Origin: Thermococcus sp. JdFR-02
GTDB taxonomy: Archaea; Methanobacteriota_B; Thermococci; Thermococcales; Thermococcaceae
Length of the DNA: 64,000 nt
Direction of reading: 5' to 3'
Assembly (NCBI GenBank): GCA_002009975.1
Contig: MTLP01000042.1
Coordinates: forward strand, 224,001-288,000
Shown: in pieces, positions 18,577-29,491 of the stretch
Numbering within the stretch: position 1 is the stretch's first letter
Layout of the letters: every line of letters begins with the position of its first letter
Position numbers and translations under genes: made by a program
The notes under the pieces: model-generated
The model's input: the letters and a program-made list of their open reading frames with translations, nothing else
Told to the model about the DNA's origin: nothing
The model's database searches: none

Positions 18577-19560
18577 TTAAAGAACATCTCTAACAGCTTT
18601 TTCAATCTTTTCAGAACTTGGTATCCACTCTTTCTCTAGAGCCGGGCTAAATGGAACTGGCGTTGCTGGAGGTGTGATTATCTTAACCGGAGCTTTTAGA
18701 GCATCAAATGCTTTACTTACAGCCAATGCCGCGATGTCTGTTGCAAAGCCACATCTTGGATACCCTTCATCTACAACAACTAATCTCCCAGTCTTCTTTA
18801 TGGAATTGAGTATTGTATCAACATCTAAAGGCACCAAAGTCCTTGGATCAACTACTTCAACACTTATACCCTCTTCTTCGAGCTTCTTTGCAACCTCTAA
18901 TGATTTATGAACCATCGCCGCTGTTGCAACTATTGTAACATCCTTTCCTTCTTTCTTAATATCTGCCTCTCCTAATGGAATTGAATAAGGTTCTTCTGGG
19001 ACTGGACCTTTAATGCCATAAAGCCCTTTATGTTCTATGAAAACTACTGGATCATCATCCTCAATTGAGGAAATTAGCAATCCTTTTGCATCATAAGGAG
19101 TAGATGGCATTACCACCTTAAGTCCAGGTACATGGATAAAAAGTGCATGGAGTGATTGTGAGTGCTGTGCAGCTGCTGCAAATCCTGCTCCACAGGTTGT
19201 TCTTAAAACCATAGGAATTTTAGCTTTTCCACCGAACATATATCTTATCTTTGCAGCTTGGTTGTAGATTTGGTCATAGGCAACTCCTAAGAAATCTATG
19301 AACATGAGCTCCACTACCGGTCTCAAAAGACCTGCAGCAGCTGCTCCTACAGCGGTTCCAATAAAGCCACTCTCTGCGATTGGGGTATCCTTAACTCTCT
19401 CTGATCCATATTTTTCATAAAGCCCTTTTGTCACTCCAAATATTCCTCCATAAACTCCCACGTCTTCACCCATGACAATAACTTTTTCATCTTTTGACAT
19501 CTCGTAATCTAGAGCTTCATTGAGAGCTTCTGCAAAAGTGATCTCTCTCACCACTGCCAT
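18577..19560 (-). CDS. acoB: acetoin/2-oxoacid dehydrogenase E1 beta
   Basis: GEDVG, DTPIAES, ELMFIDF, AAQHSQ, DPRTLVPLD. Confidence 0.88.
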   Translation of the reverse strand: MAVVREITFAEALNEALDYEMSKDEKVIVMGEDVGVYGGIFGVTKGLYEKYGSERVKDTPIAESGFIGTAVGAAAAGLLRPVVELMFIDFLGVAYDQIYNQAAKIRYMFGGKAKIPMVLRTTCGAGFAAAAQHSQSLHALFIHVPGLKVVMPSTPYDAKGLLISSIEDDDPVVFIEHKGLYGIKGPVPEEPYSIPLGEADIKKEGKDVTIVATAAMVHKSLEVAKKLEEEGISVEVVDPRTLVPLDVDTILNSIKKTGRLVVVDEGYPRCGFATDIAALAVSKAFDALKAPVKIITPPATPVPFSPALEKEWIPSSEKIEKAVRDVL

Positions 19561-20552
19561 ACTAACACCCCCTTGGTTGGTGTTGAGAAAACATCTTCAA
19601 CAACATCCTCCTTAGTTGGCCATGGACTTTCTTCTGCAAACTTCACAGCCTCTTCAATCTCCTTTCTTGCCTTTTCCCACATCTTTTCAAGTTCTTCTTT
19701 TGTAGCAATGCCCTTCTTTAGAAGAACGTCTTCAAAAATCTTAATTGGATCTTTGTTATTCTTCCACCACTCTATCTCTTCTTTTGATCTGTAAACCTCA
19801 GGATCACCCTCAAAGTGTCCTCTGAACCTGTAGGTCTTCACTTCTATTAAAGTTGGTCCTTCTCCTCTTCTCGCCCTTTCAATGGCTTCCTTAGCAACTT
19901 CATACACAGCCAAAACATCTTGCCCATCCACTGCGACACCAGGGATCCCATATGCTTTTCCTCTTTCTGCAACGCTCTTAATTGTCTGTTGCTTTGAGTA
20001 TGGGAGGGATATTTGATATAAATTATTCTCACAAACAAATACTACTGGAAGCTTCCATATTGATGCTATGTTTATTCCTTCATGGAAATTTTGCTGGTTT
20101 GAAGCACCTTCACCAAAGAAGGCAACTGCAACGCTGTCAAGACCGTTTAGCTTTATCCCTAACGCCGCACCTACTGCATGTGGAATTCCGCCACCAACGA
20201 TACCATTTGCTCCCAATTCACCAATCTCAACATCAGCGATGTGCATTGAGCCACCTTTACCTTTACATATTCCCGTCTTCTTTCCAAAGAGCTCAGCCAT
20301 TGAAGCCTTTATACAACCTCCTTTTGCAATGTAATGACCATGACCTCTGTGTGTGCTTGTTATAAAGTCATCTTTTCTTAAATGCGCCATGATACCTACT
20401 GCAACTGCTTCCTCACCAACGTATAAGTGAACAAATCCCGGAACTTTTCCCTGTGCAAAAAGTTCTGCGACTCTTTCTTCATGTACTCTAATCCTTACCA
20501 TGGTCTCATACATCCACAATAGGGTTTCTTTCGGAATTTCCTCCACAACCAT
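19548..20552 (-). CDS. acoA: acetoin/2-oxoacid dehydrogenase E1 alpha (ThDP)
   Basis: PGFVHLY.GEEA, STHRGHGH, GGSMH, GEGA...ENN, GHFEGD. Confidence 0.88.
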   Translation of the reverse strand: MVVEEIPKETLLWMYETMVRIRVHEERVAELFAQGKVPGFVHLYVGEEAVAVGIMAHLRKDDFITSTHRGHGHYIAKGGCIKASMAELFGKKTGICKGKGGSMHIADVEIGELGANGIVGGGIPHAVGAALGIKLNGLDSVAVAFFGEGASNQQNFHEGINIASIWKLPVVFVCENNLYQISLPYSKQQTIKSVAERGKAYGIPGVAVDGQDVLAVYEVAKEAIERARRGEGPTLIEVKTYRFRGHFEGDPEVYRSKEEIEWWKNNKDPIKIFEDVLLKKGIATKEELEKMWEKARKEIEEAVKFAEESPWPTKEDVVEDVFSTPTKGVLVWQW

Positions 20553-20588
20553 TTTATTTTCCTCCATAGGTTTTAGATTGTATCAAGA

Positions 20589-20708
20589 CTGTTCTAGAGT
20601 TTATCAAGAACAGACTTTAGTCGATATAGTAGTTTGTAAAACTACTATATACGTTTTTCGCAAACGTTATATATTTATGACAACTATTAATGCATAAAAA
20701 CATTGTCA
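20589..20708. promoter_or_regulatory. divergent promoter region with stacked inverted repeats
   Basis: CTGTTCT/AGAACAG; ATATAGTAGTTT-GTA-AAACTACTATAT; ACGTTT/AAACGT; TGACAA/TTGTCA. Confidence 0.6.
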
Positions 20709-20724
20709 CGTGGGGGCAAAAATT

Positions 20725-20970
20725 ATGACAAAAATAAATATAATTATGCCAAAATTTGGAATGACAATGCAAAAAGGGACAATAATAGAGTGGAAGAAAA
20801 CAGTGGGTGAAAAAGTGGAGAAAGGAGAAGTTATAGCAGTTGTAGAATCCGAAAAAATAACGGGGGAAATAGAAGCTCCAGCATCTGGAATATTAGCGGA
20901 GATTTTATATGAAGTAGGTGCTGAAGTCCCTGTGGGCGAGAGAATAGCCATAATTGAAACGGAAGAGTGA
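20725..20970 (+). CDS. free-standing lipoyl domain
   Basis: MPKFGMTMQKG, VESEKITGEIEAPASG with the lipoyl Lys present. Confidence 0.9.
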   Translation: MTKINIIMPKFGMTMQKGTIIEWKKTVGEKVEKGEVIAVVESEKITGEIEAPASGILAEILYEVGAEVPVGERIAIIETEE

Positions 20971-20974
20971 TCAT

Positions 20975-21793
20975 ATGGTGAGTGAAGAAGTTAGAATGAT
21001 AGCTGAGCAATACGATATTGATTTGTCCAAAATAAAAGGTTCTGGTCCTAATGGAGAAGTCACTCTCCATGACCTCGAAGCCTATATAAAGGAGCATTTT
21101 TATCCAAAAGTAAAGCAAGAAGTTAAGATCTTCGGGATTAGGAAGGTCATAGCAGACAGGCTCTCAAAAAGTTACAGAGAAGCAGTTCATGTAACACTTA
21201 ACATGGAGATTGAGATGGACAAACTCATTGAGATTAGAGGGAAACTGGCAGAAAAACTTGAAAAAAAGCCTTCCTATACGGTTTTAATGCTTAAATGCAT
21301 TGCAAAAGCAATTAGAGACTTCATAGAAATAAATGCAACAATGGAAGGAGACAAGATAATTATTTATGATGACATTAATATAAACGTGGCTGTAGACAGT
21401 CCAATAGGCTTAATAACACCAGTTATTAGAAATGTAGATAGAAAAAGCTTAGAAGAACTTTTGAATGACTATCAGGGCTTAGTTGAGAGGGTTAAAAAGG
21501 GTATCCTTAAGGAGAAGGATTTTGTTGGAGGGACTTTTACAATAACAAATCTCGGCATGTTTGGGATTGATTCTTTTACCCCAATTATCAATCCACCACA
21601 AATAGCAATTTTGGGGCTTAACAGAATTGTAAAAAAGCCTGTAATAAAAGATGGAAAAGTTGAGAGCTGCAATGTCATGAATGTATCCTTAAGCTTTGAC
21701 CATAGGGCAATAGATGGAGCTCCAGCTGCTAAGTTTTTGCAAAAAGTAAAATATTACATAGAGAACCCAGAGGAAGTGTTTAGAGTTGAGTGA
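20975..21793 (+). CDS. acoC: dihydrolipoamide acyltransferase E2 (PSBD plus catalytic domain, no lipoyl domain)
   Basis: IDLSKIKGSGPNG, GGTFTITNLG, PIINPP, DHRAIDG. Confidence 0.88.
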   Translation: MVSEEVRMIAEQYDIDLSKIKGSGPNGEVTLHDLEAYIKEHFYPKVKQEVKIFGIRKVIADRLSKSYREAVHVTLNMEIEMDKLIEIRGKLAEKLEKKPSYTVLMLKCIAKAIRDFIEINATMEGDKIIIYDDININVAVDSPIGLITPVIRNVDRKSLEELLNDYQGLVERVKKGILKEKDFVGGTFTITNLGMFGIDSFTPIINPPQIAILGLNRIVKKPVIKDGKVESCNVMNVSLSFDHRAIDGAPAAKFLQKVKYYIENPEEVFRVE

Positions 21794-22163
21794 ATGGAAA
21801 AGGTATGTCATAGAAATCGGCATGGGAATTGATCAACACGGTCAAGATTCAACAAAGGCTAGCATAAAAGCAGTTAAAGATGCTATAAGTAGAGTTTGTG
21901 CCGTTGGACTACTCGAGTTGTTTGGGCTTGATTTTGAAAAAGATGTAAAGGTTGAAGCCCTCATAGGTGTCCCTTACCCAGAAAAAGTCGACATTGAGAA
22001 AGTTTGTGAAGCTATTCCCTTAAAGTGTGAGAAAGCTATTACAGTTGTTAGCGGAGGATTAAGCGGTCCAGGTATTATCCTTGAAGAGTTTGGAGATAAA
22101 ACGAATGAAATACTTATTGCACTCGCATTCATCACAGTATACGTAAGGAGAGAAAGCATATGA
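21786..22163 (+). CDS. Lin0512 family protein
   Basis: IEIGMGIDQHGQDSTKAS.KAVKDAI, IGVPYP. Confidence 0.8.
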   Translation: MSEWKRYVIEIGMGIDQHGQDSTKASIKAVKDAISRVCAVGLLELFGLDFEKDVKVEALIGVPYPEKVDIEKVCEAIPLKCEKAITVVSGGLSGPGIILEEFGDKTNEILIALAFITVYVRRESI

Positions 22164-23140
22164 AAAAAACTACGGTTGGCATCATCGCAAATCCCGAATC
22201 TGGAAGGGACATAAGGCGATTAGTGGCACATGCTAGTGTTTTTGATAATATGGAGAAGGTCAACATAGTCGAAAGACTTTTACTCACACTTCAAGATTTA
22301 GGTGTTGAGAAAGTTTTAGCTATGCCAGAAACCTTTGGAATCATTCCTGCAGCCACACATGCCATAGAAGACCATTTGAAGATTGAAGTTGAAGTTATCC
22401 CAATGAGAGTTTTTGGAAATTGGGAGGACACATTTGAGGCTGCAAAGTTAATGAAAGATAAAGTAAGCGTAATAATTGTCATTGGGGGAGACGGGACTAA
22501 CAGAATTGTTGCAAAAGTCTGTGAGGATATACCAATAATGCCAATCTCAACAGGAACCAACAATGTATTTCCCTATATGATAGAGGCTACAATAGCAGGT
22601 GAAGCAGTTGCAGCTATAGCTATGGGTATCGTAAAACCTGAAGAAGGTACTTACAAAGCTAAAAGGGTTGAGATTTTTGAAGATGGGAATTTGAAGGATA
22701 TAGCTCTAATTGATGTTGTTGCAACAATGCATTCATTTATAGGTTCAAGAGCTGTGTGGAAGCCAGAATACTTAAAAGAAATTGTTGTTAGCAGGTGTTC
22801 ACCTTCAAACATCGGGTTAAGCTCAATCCCAGGGATACTGAAAGAGATAACAGAGAGAGATGATTTAGGAATGTATATTGAAGTTGGGGAAGGTAGGAAA
22901 GTAAAAGCTCCGATAGCTCCAGGAGTTCTAAGAGAAGTGAGCATTAAAAGCTATAAAACTTTAAAACTTGGTGAAGAAGTTGAGATAAAGACAACTCCAG
23001 CTTTATTTGCTTTAGATGGGGAAAGGGAAGTTGAGATTGAAGGTGAGGTTATAGTGAAAGTTACAAGAAATGGACCGAGAGTTATAGATTATCAAAAAAC
23101 CCTAAAAATTGCAGCTGAACGGGGATTCTTTGAAGACTAA
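22160..23140 (+). CDS. acoX: AcoX / ATP-NAD kinase family protein
   Basis: GIIANPESGRDIRRLVA, GGDGT, STGTNNVFP, ALDGERE. Confidence 0.88.
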   Translation: MKKTTVGIIANPESGRDIRRLVAHASVFDNMEKVNIVERLLLTLQDLGVEKVLAMPETFGIIPAATHAIEDHLKIEVEVIPMRVFGNWEDTFEAAKLMKDKVSVIIVIGGDGTNRIVAKVCEDIPIMPISTGTNNVFPYMIEATIAGEAVAAIAMGIVKPEEGTYKAKRVEIFEDGNLKDIALIDVVATMHSFIGSRAVWKPEYLKEIVVSRCSPSNIGLSSIPGILKEITERDDLGMYIEVGEGRKVKAPIAPGVLREVSIKSYKTLKLGEEVEIKTTPALFALDGEREVEIEGEVIVKVTRNGPRVIDYQKTLKIAAERGFFED

Positions 23141-23934
23141 CCCAGAACTTCTTCAATTTTTCTTTCAATTTTCTTTGTATCTATATTTGGAGATCGCTTT
23201 AAATTCCATTCTTCCTTTGAGTATTTTTGCTTATAGAGTATTTGAGCAACTTTGAGCTCTTTTTTTGTTGGATTATCAAAATAGGGCTTAGCTGAAAGAA
23301 CTTTTGAATAACCGAAAATAAGAGCATCCCTCATTTTTTCATAGTTCAAATCTTCCACAAACCGTGAAAGGTTGGCAACTCTATATTTTACTGGGTCTAT
23401 TGAGTCCTTAACACTTTTGGGGACCTTTAAAAGGAAATAAAGCATGTTTAGGTCTGAATTGATCAAAATCGAACCATGTAAAAATAGAACGTTCCATTTT
23501 ATACTTCCTGCAGTGCCGGATATCTTTTTTCCATTCACAACAATATCGTTTGTGTTTTTTATGTGAGGTTTAATCCCTAATTTTTTCAAAGCTATTAACG
23601 TGCCTTTTAAAAGTTCATTATAGAGGTAAGAAACTGGGAATCTTACGCTTCTCTTTATTACTATGGAATAGTTTACACATCCCAAATCATGATAAACCGT
23701 TCCTCCACCACTAAAGCGTCTAACAATTGAGAAGTTCATTTCTTTTGCTCTTAAAAGATTTATGTCATCTTCAGCATTTCTAAAATAGCCCAAAACCAAC
23801 GCCTTTTCATTTCTCCATATCCTTAAGGTGTCCTCAACTAAATCTTTTGCTCTAACCCTAGCCAAAGCTTCTTCAAAAGCCAAATTTAAGTGAGGATTTC
23901 TTGGAGTTTCGTAAGTTAAAACTCTAATAGGCAT
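23137..23934 (-). CDS. lplA: lipoate-protein ligase A family (catalytic domain)
   Basis: NLAFEE, RRFSGGGTVYHD, ND..GKKISG, HGSIL. Confidence 0.88.
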   Translation of the reverse strand: MPIRVLTYETPRNPHLNLAFEEALARVRAKDLVEDTLRIWRNEKALVLGYFRNAEDDINLLRAKEMNFSIVRRFSGGGTVYHDLGCVNYSIVIKRSVRFPVSYLYNELLKGTLIALKKLGIKPHIKNTNDIVVNGKKISGTAGSIKWNVLFLHGSILINSDLNMLYFLLKVPKSVKDSIDPVKYRVANLSRFVEDLNYEKMRDALIFGYSKVLSAKPYFDNPTKKELKVAQILYKQKYSKEEWNLKRSPNIDTKKIERKIEEVLG

Positions 23935-23974
23935 GATTAAAGAAACGTAAAAGAAATAATTAAGCCTTTTGAAA

Positions 23975-25240
23975 TTAAAGAGCGAGAGATTCAAAAAGCT
24001 TACTCCAGAGTTTTAAAGGTGTTAATTCAGTTAACATTAAAAAACCAATTAAAACAAGCAAAATCCCAAGAGCTTTTTCCCATTTTCTGCCTTTGCTAAC
24101 ACTTAAGGAAAGCTTGTTGGATAGGAATTTTCTATTTATCCATTCAGCTAGCTCCTTTGAACTTAAGATCAGATAGAGCGTCAATCCCAAGCCTAAGGAA
24201 TAGACAAACATAACTACAAAACCCCTAATAAAATCTCCACTCAGCGCTGCTGTCAATATTGCAAAGCCCACGTAAGGTGCTATACATCCAATCCATGTTA
24301 CTCCTAATGCCGTCCCAAACAAAAAGTCAGCCAATTTTCCTTGCCTTTTTGTAATTCTATTAGCAGAGCTTTGAAATAGAGATAAATGCTCAATTAAAAG
24401 TGTCTCTGCCCTGTTGCTTATCATAAGAGTACCGAGAATTATGAATCCCACACCACCAATTAAATAAAAAAGCGATGCAATTTGTGCTACAAATGAACCC
24501 AAGCTTCCAGCCAATGCTCCAAGTAGTGAAAAGCTCACAATAATTCCAGAAATTATAAGTTCAAGGTTTCTTTTTGCTAAAATTAAGGTAAAACCGCTAA
24601 TTATCAAAGGTAGGACACAAGGGGAGAATATACTCAAAATTCCAGCTGAAAAGATTGTTAATAGAACTGCAAATGAAATTTTGGATTTTTCTTGCTTTTC
24701 ACTTTGGAAAGTTTGCTTATCTTTTGTGGCCTCTTTTATAAACGATTCAAAGCTCTTTGGGCTTAAAGCACCAATCGCGACTCCTTTAAGAATTTTCTCG
24801 CCCTTTTCAACCTTAAAAACAACCATAGTTGGTGTTCCAGGAACAGAAACAGTTATTTCTTCCTTTTCACTCTTTGGGACATAATAGCCAGCATTATCTG
24901 GCTGAATGACAAGAACCTTGTCTTTTATTATATACCTTAATGATTTAATTTCTCGTCCTTTATATACATCAACAGCGACTGGAATGATATTTTGATCCAT
25001 TAACTCAGCAATGTTTGGATCAGCAAACACACTCTCCTTCATATAATTACAGGCAGGGCAAGTTTGAGAATGGTAAAAGAGGAAAAAATATTCCCCTTCA
25101 TGGGAGCTTATAATCTTGGTGAGTTCATCCATTGTGGTAACATCGATAAACTGTACTTTTCCAAAGGTAATCGTTTGATTGGCAAACACAAACCCAGTCA
25201 ACATCAGTGTCAAAAAGAGGAAACTTATCTTTTTCATCAT
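23975..25240 (-). CDS. thioredoxin-CcdA/DsbD fusion
   Basis: Signal peptide, CPAC, GTPT, SPCVLP, WIGCIAP. Confidence 0.85.
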   Translation of the reverse strand: MMKKISFLFLTLMLTGFVFANQTITFGKVQFIDVTTMDELTKIISSHEGEYFFLFYHSQTCPACNYMKESVFADPNIAELMDQNIIPVAVDVYKGREIKSLRYIIKDKVLVIQPDNAGYYVPKSEKEEITVSVPGTPTMVVFKVEKGEKILKGVAIGALSPKSFESFIKEATKDKQTFQSEKQEKSKISFAVLLTIFSAGILSIFSPCVLPLIISGFTLILAKRNLELIISGIIVSFSLLGALAGSLGSFVAQIASLFYLIGGVGFIILGTLMISNRAETLLIEHLSLFQSSANRITKRQGKLADFLFGTALGVTWIGCIAPYVGFAILTAALSGDFIRGFVVMFVYSLGLGLTLYLILSSKELAEWINRKFLSNKLSLSVSKGRKWEKALGILLVLIGFLMLTELTPLKLWSKLFESLAL

Positions 25241-25273
25241 TAACACCAAATCCTGAGTGAAACTAAAAAATAA

Positions 25274-27013
<1,740 letters not shown>

Positions 27014-27017
27014 AGCT

Positions 27018-27944
27018 TCATTCCTTCTCTTGTTCATATTCCTTCTGTACTTTCTCCAAGATCTCTTCTTCTAAGCTCTTTTTTAGCTTTGTTAGCTCCC
27101 AATAGAACATCAGTCCACCAATTGCCATTACAGTTTGAATCAAAGCTTGGAAAGGTGTTTCAAGAAGTTGCATTATGAGCTGGGCTGTAAAGCCAGAGCT
27201 ACCTAAGAACGCTAGCCCCATGAATGAGCCTGGAATAACTGTTATTAATATCGCGGAAACAAGCAAAAGTGCCCCAAAGCCAAGCGTTGAAAGTTTGTTT
27301 CTCCATCCCAAACCGAAGCAACCAAATGCTGATGAGATTGAACCCTTAGTCGCATAAATGGGCACTGCCATTGAAGCCGCTCCTACCAAAAAAGTTGCTA
27401 AAGGAATTTCCAAGAGAAAAATTAACAGAAACACTAATACAAACAAAGTTTCAAATGAACCGGCGAATGCTCCAGCTGCTGCTATTAACATCGCTGGAAT
27501 AAGAGCAACAAACAATACAACGACGATAATAATGCCAACTACCAAATTAATGGCAAACACCTGAAACATGTTTTTGATTCCCTCTTTCAAGAGATTTAAT
27601 AGGGAATATCCCTTGCCCTGTTCTATTAAAATTGCACCCCTAATTACGGCATATTCTCCAATTGCTGTTAAAAGTGCTGAAAGTAAAGCAACAATCACGA
27701 AAATTCTTAAGTATTCCATTAACTCTTTAAGCTCATCTTCTGTAAAAACCCTTCCATATTCCTCCACTATAACATTTCCTTGTTTTTCAGCTTTGAATTG
27801 TCCTTCAAATGGCATGGGATAGTTTTTAAATAAGAACGCATTGATTGGGGCGATAATTAGGGCTATCAAGAGCGGAATAAGAACAAGCTTTGGATTTTTA
27901 GTTATAAACTCAATAGTCTTAGCAAAAGCTGTCACTGCACCCAT
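27018..27944 (-). CDS. hypothetical membrane protein
   Basis: About 6 TM helices; GGTGG RBS. Confidence 0.8.
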   Translation of the reverse strand: MGAVTAFAKTIEFITKNPKLVLIPLLIALIIAPINAFLFKNYPMPFEGQFKAEKQGNVIVEEYGRVFTEDELKELMEYLRIFVIVALLSALLTAIGEYAVIRGAILIEQGKGYSLLNLLKEGIKNMFQVFAINLVVGIIIVVVLFVALIPAMLIAAAGAFAGSFETLFVLVFLLIFLLEIPLATFLVGAASMAVPIYATKGSISSAFGCFGLGWRNKLSTLGFGALLLVSAILITVIPGSFMGLAFLGSSGFTAQLIMQLLETPFQALIQTVMAIGGLMFYWELTKLKKSLEEEILEKVQKEYEQEKE

Positions 27945-28089
27945 CCTACCACCTAAATCAGTAAATGCACTAACTTTTTAAATATTTATTGTTCATTTTC
28001 TGCACGTGCACCAACAAAAGTTAGAAAAGCTTATAAGCTAACCCCTTAAACATGCTAAAGGATTAAGCTCATCAAGAGAGGTGAGAGTA

Positions 28090-28482
28090 ATGGCTATCTG
28101 GCAAGGAAGATCATTAAAAAAGCCTTCAGGTGGAAGGATAATTTTAGCTAGAAAGAAGAGAAAAAGGGAATTAGGTAGGGAGCCAGCATTTACAAGAGTG
28201 GGTGAAGAAGAGAAAAGAAAAATAATCAGAACATATGGCGGCAACAGAAAAGTTAGATTGATTGAAGCAGTCTACGCAAATGTATTTGACAATGGAAAGG
28301 GCAAAAAAGTTAGAATCTTAAGCGTCATCTCAAACCCAGCAAACAGGCAATACGTTAGAAGAAACATCATTACAAAAGGCGCAATAATCGAGACAGAGAT
28401 TGGAAAGGCAATAGTCACGTCAAGACCTGGACAAGATGGTGTAGTTAACGCTGTTTTGATTAAAGAAGAGGAAAACGCTTGA
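28090..28482 (+). CDS. rps8e: 30S ribosomal protein S8e
   Basis: [29 protein letters not shown]. Confidence 0.97.
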   Translation: MAIWQGRSLKKPSGGRIILARKKRKRELGREPAFTRVGEEEKRKIIRTYGGNRKVRLIEAVYANVFDNGKGKKVRILSVISNPANRQYVRRNIITKGAIIETEIGKAIVTSRPGQDGVVNAVLIKEEENA

Positions 28483-28573
28483 TTTTGACCTTTCTTAATA
28501 ATTTTACTTTTGCTGACCATTTTGCATGACTAATCGTAGGTAGCTTAATATACAATAGCATTCTTATAGCTAA

Positions 28574-29491
28574 TTGGTGAGATTTGTGGAGTATAGCAGA
28601 ATTGAAAAGATTTTAGCGAGCGCTTTTGTTTTGTTCCTTCTTTTAGCGAGTATAAACTTTCTAAGTGAGCTAAATAATGTTCCCCAAAGACCGGATTTCA
28701 AAGATTATGAATTAAAGTATGTACCGCAAGAGCTTTCGGAGAATCAGACTAGATTACTAATCATGTTCAAGCACTTTAAAAATCTCTATGAAGAGGCGAA
28801 AACTAACTTAACAAAGGCAAATGAGGTCTATATCTTTAAGCGTGAGGAATACAGAGTTGCTTTGGAAAGTGGGAATGCTACGAAAGAGCTTAAAAATGAA
28901 TATTTAAAAGCAAAAGAAAATTATGAGAAGGCTTACTTAACTTTCCAAGCTATCGAGAGAGCTTATAGAGATATAGAAAAACAGCTGAATAACATCAATC
29001 AAAAGATGAGCCAGCTGAGAGAAAAGGCGTATCAAGAGTATAAAAAGGCTTACTCCACTTATCGAACAAAAGTTTTAGCTCTAAAGCTTATCTTTGTACT
29101 CCCTATATTTTTAGCTTCTTTTCTCCTCTTTAAGCGCTATAGGAACATCTATGCTGTATCTTTAGTCGCTTATTCATCCCTTCTGTTTGCTTACTTAATA
29201 GTTCAAGCAGTTTGGAATACTTTTCAAGTAATTGGGTTGAGTCTTTTTGGTGCTGCAGCAACAGCTTTAGCTTTATACTACATTAGAAAAGAATACTTCA
29301 AGCTCGAAAAAGTTTATAAGCGTAGAATTGGGCAAAACAAGTGTTATAATTGTGGATTCCCAATAAAGGGAGATTATTTATACTGTCCAAATTGTGGGAG
29401 TAAATTAAAAGAGAAGTGTAAAAATTGTGGAGAAATGAAGCCAATTTATCTTAACTTCTGTCCCTATTGTGGAGAACTTTCAGAAGAGTAA
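28574..29491 (+). CDS. membrane protein with coiled-coil and C-terminal double zinc ribbon
   Basis: TM, coiled-coil, 3 TM, then CYNC/CPNC/CKNC/CPYC. Confidence 0.8.
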   Translation: MVRFVEYSRIEKILASAFVLFLLLASINFLSELNNVPQRPDFKDYELKYVPQELSENQTRLLIMFKHFKNLYEEAKTNLTKANEVYIFKREEYRVALESGNATKELKNEYLKAKENYEKAYLTFQAIERAYRDIEKQLNNINQKMSQLREKAYQEYKKAYSTYRTKVLALKLIFVLPIFLASFLLFKRYRNIYAVSLVAYSSLLFAYLIVQAVWNTFQVIGLSLFGAAATALALYYIRKEYFKLEKVYKRRIGQNKCYNCGFPIKGDYLYCPNCGSKLKEKCKNCGEMKPIYLNFCPYCGELSEE

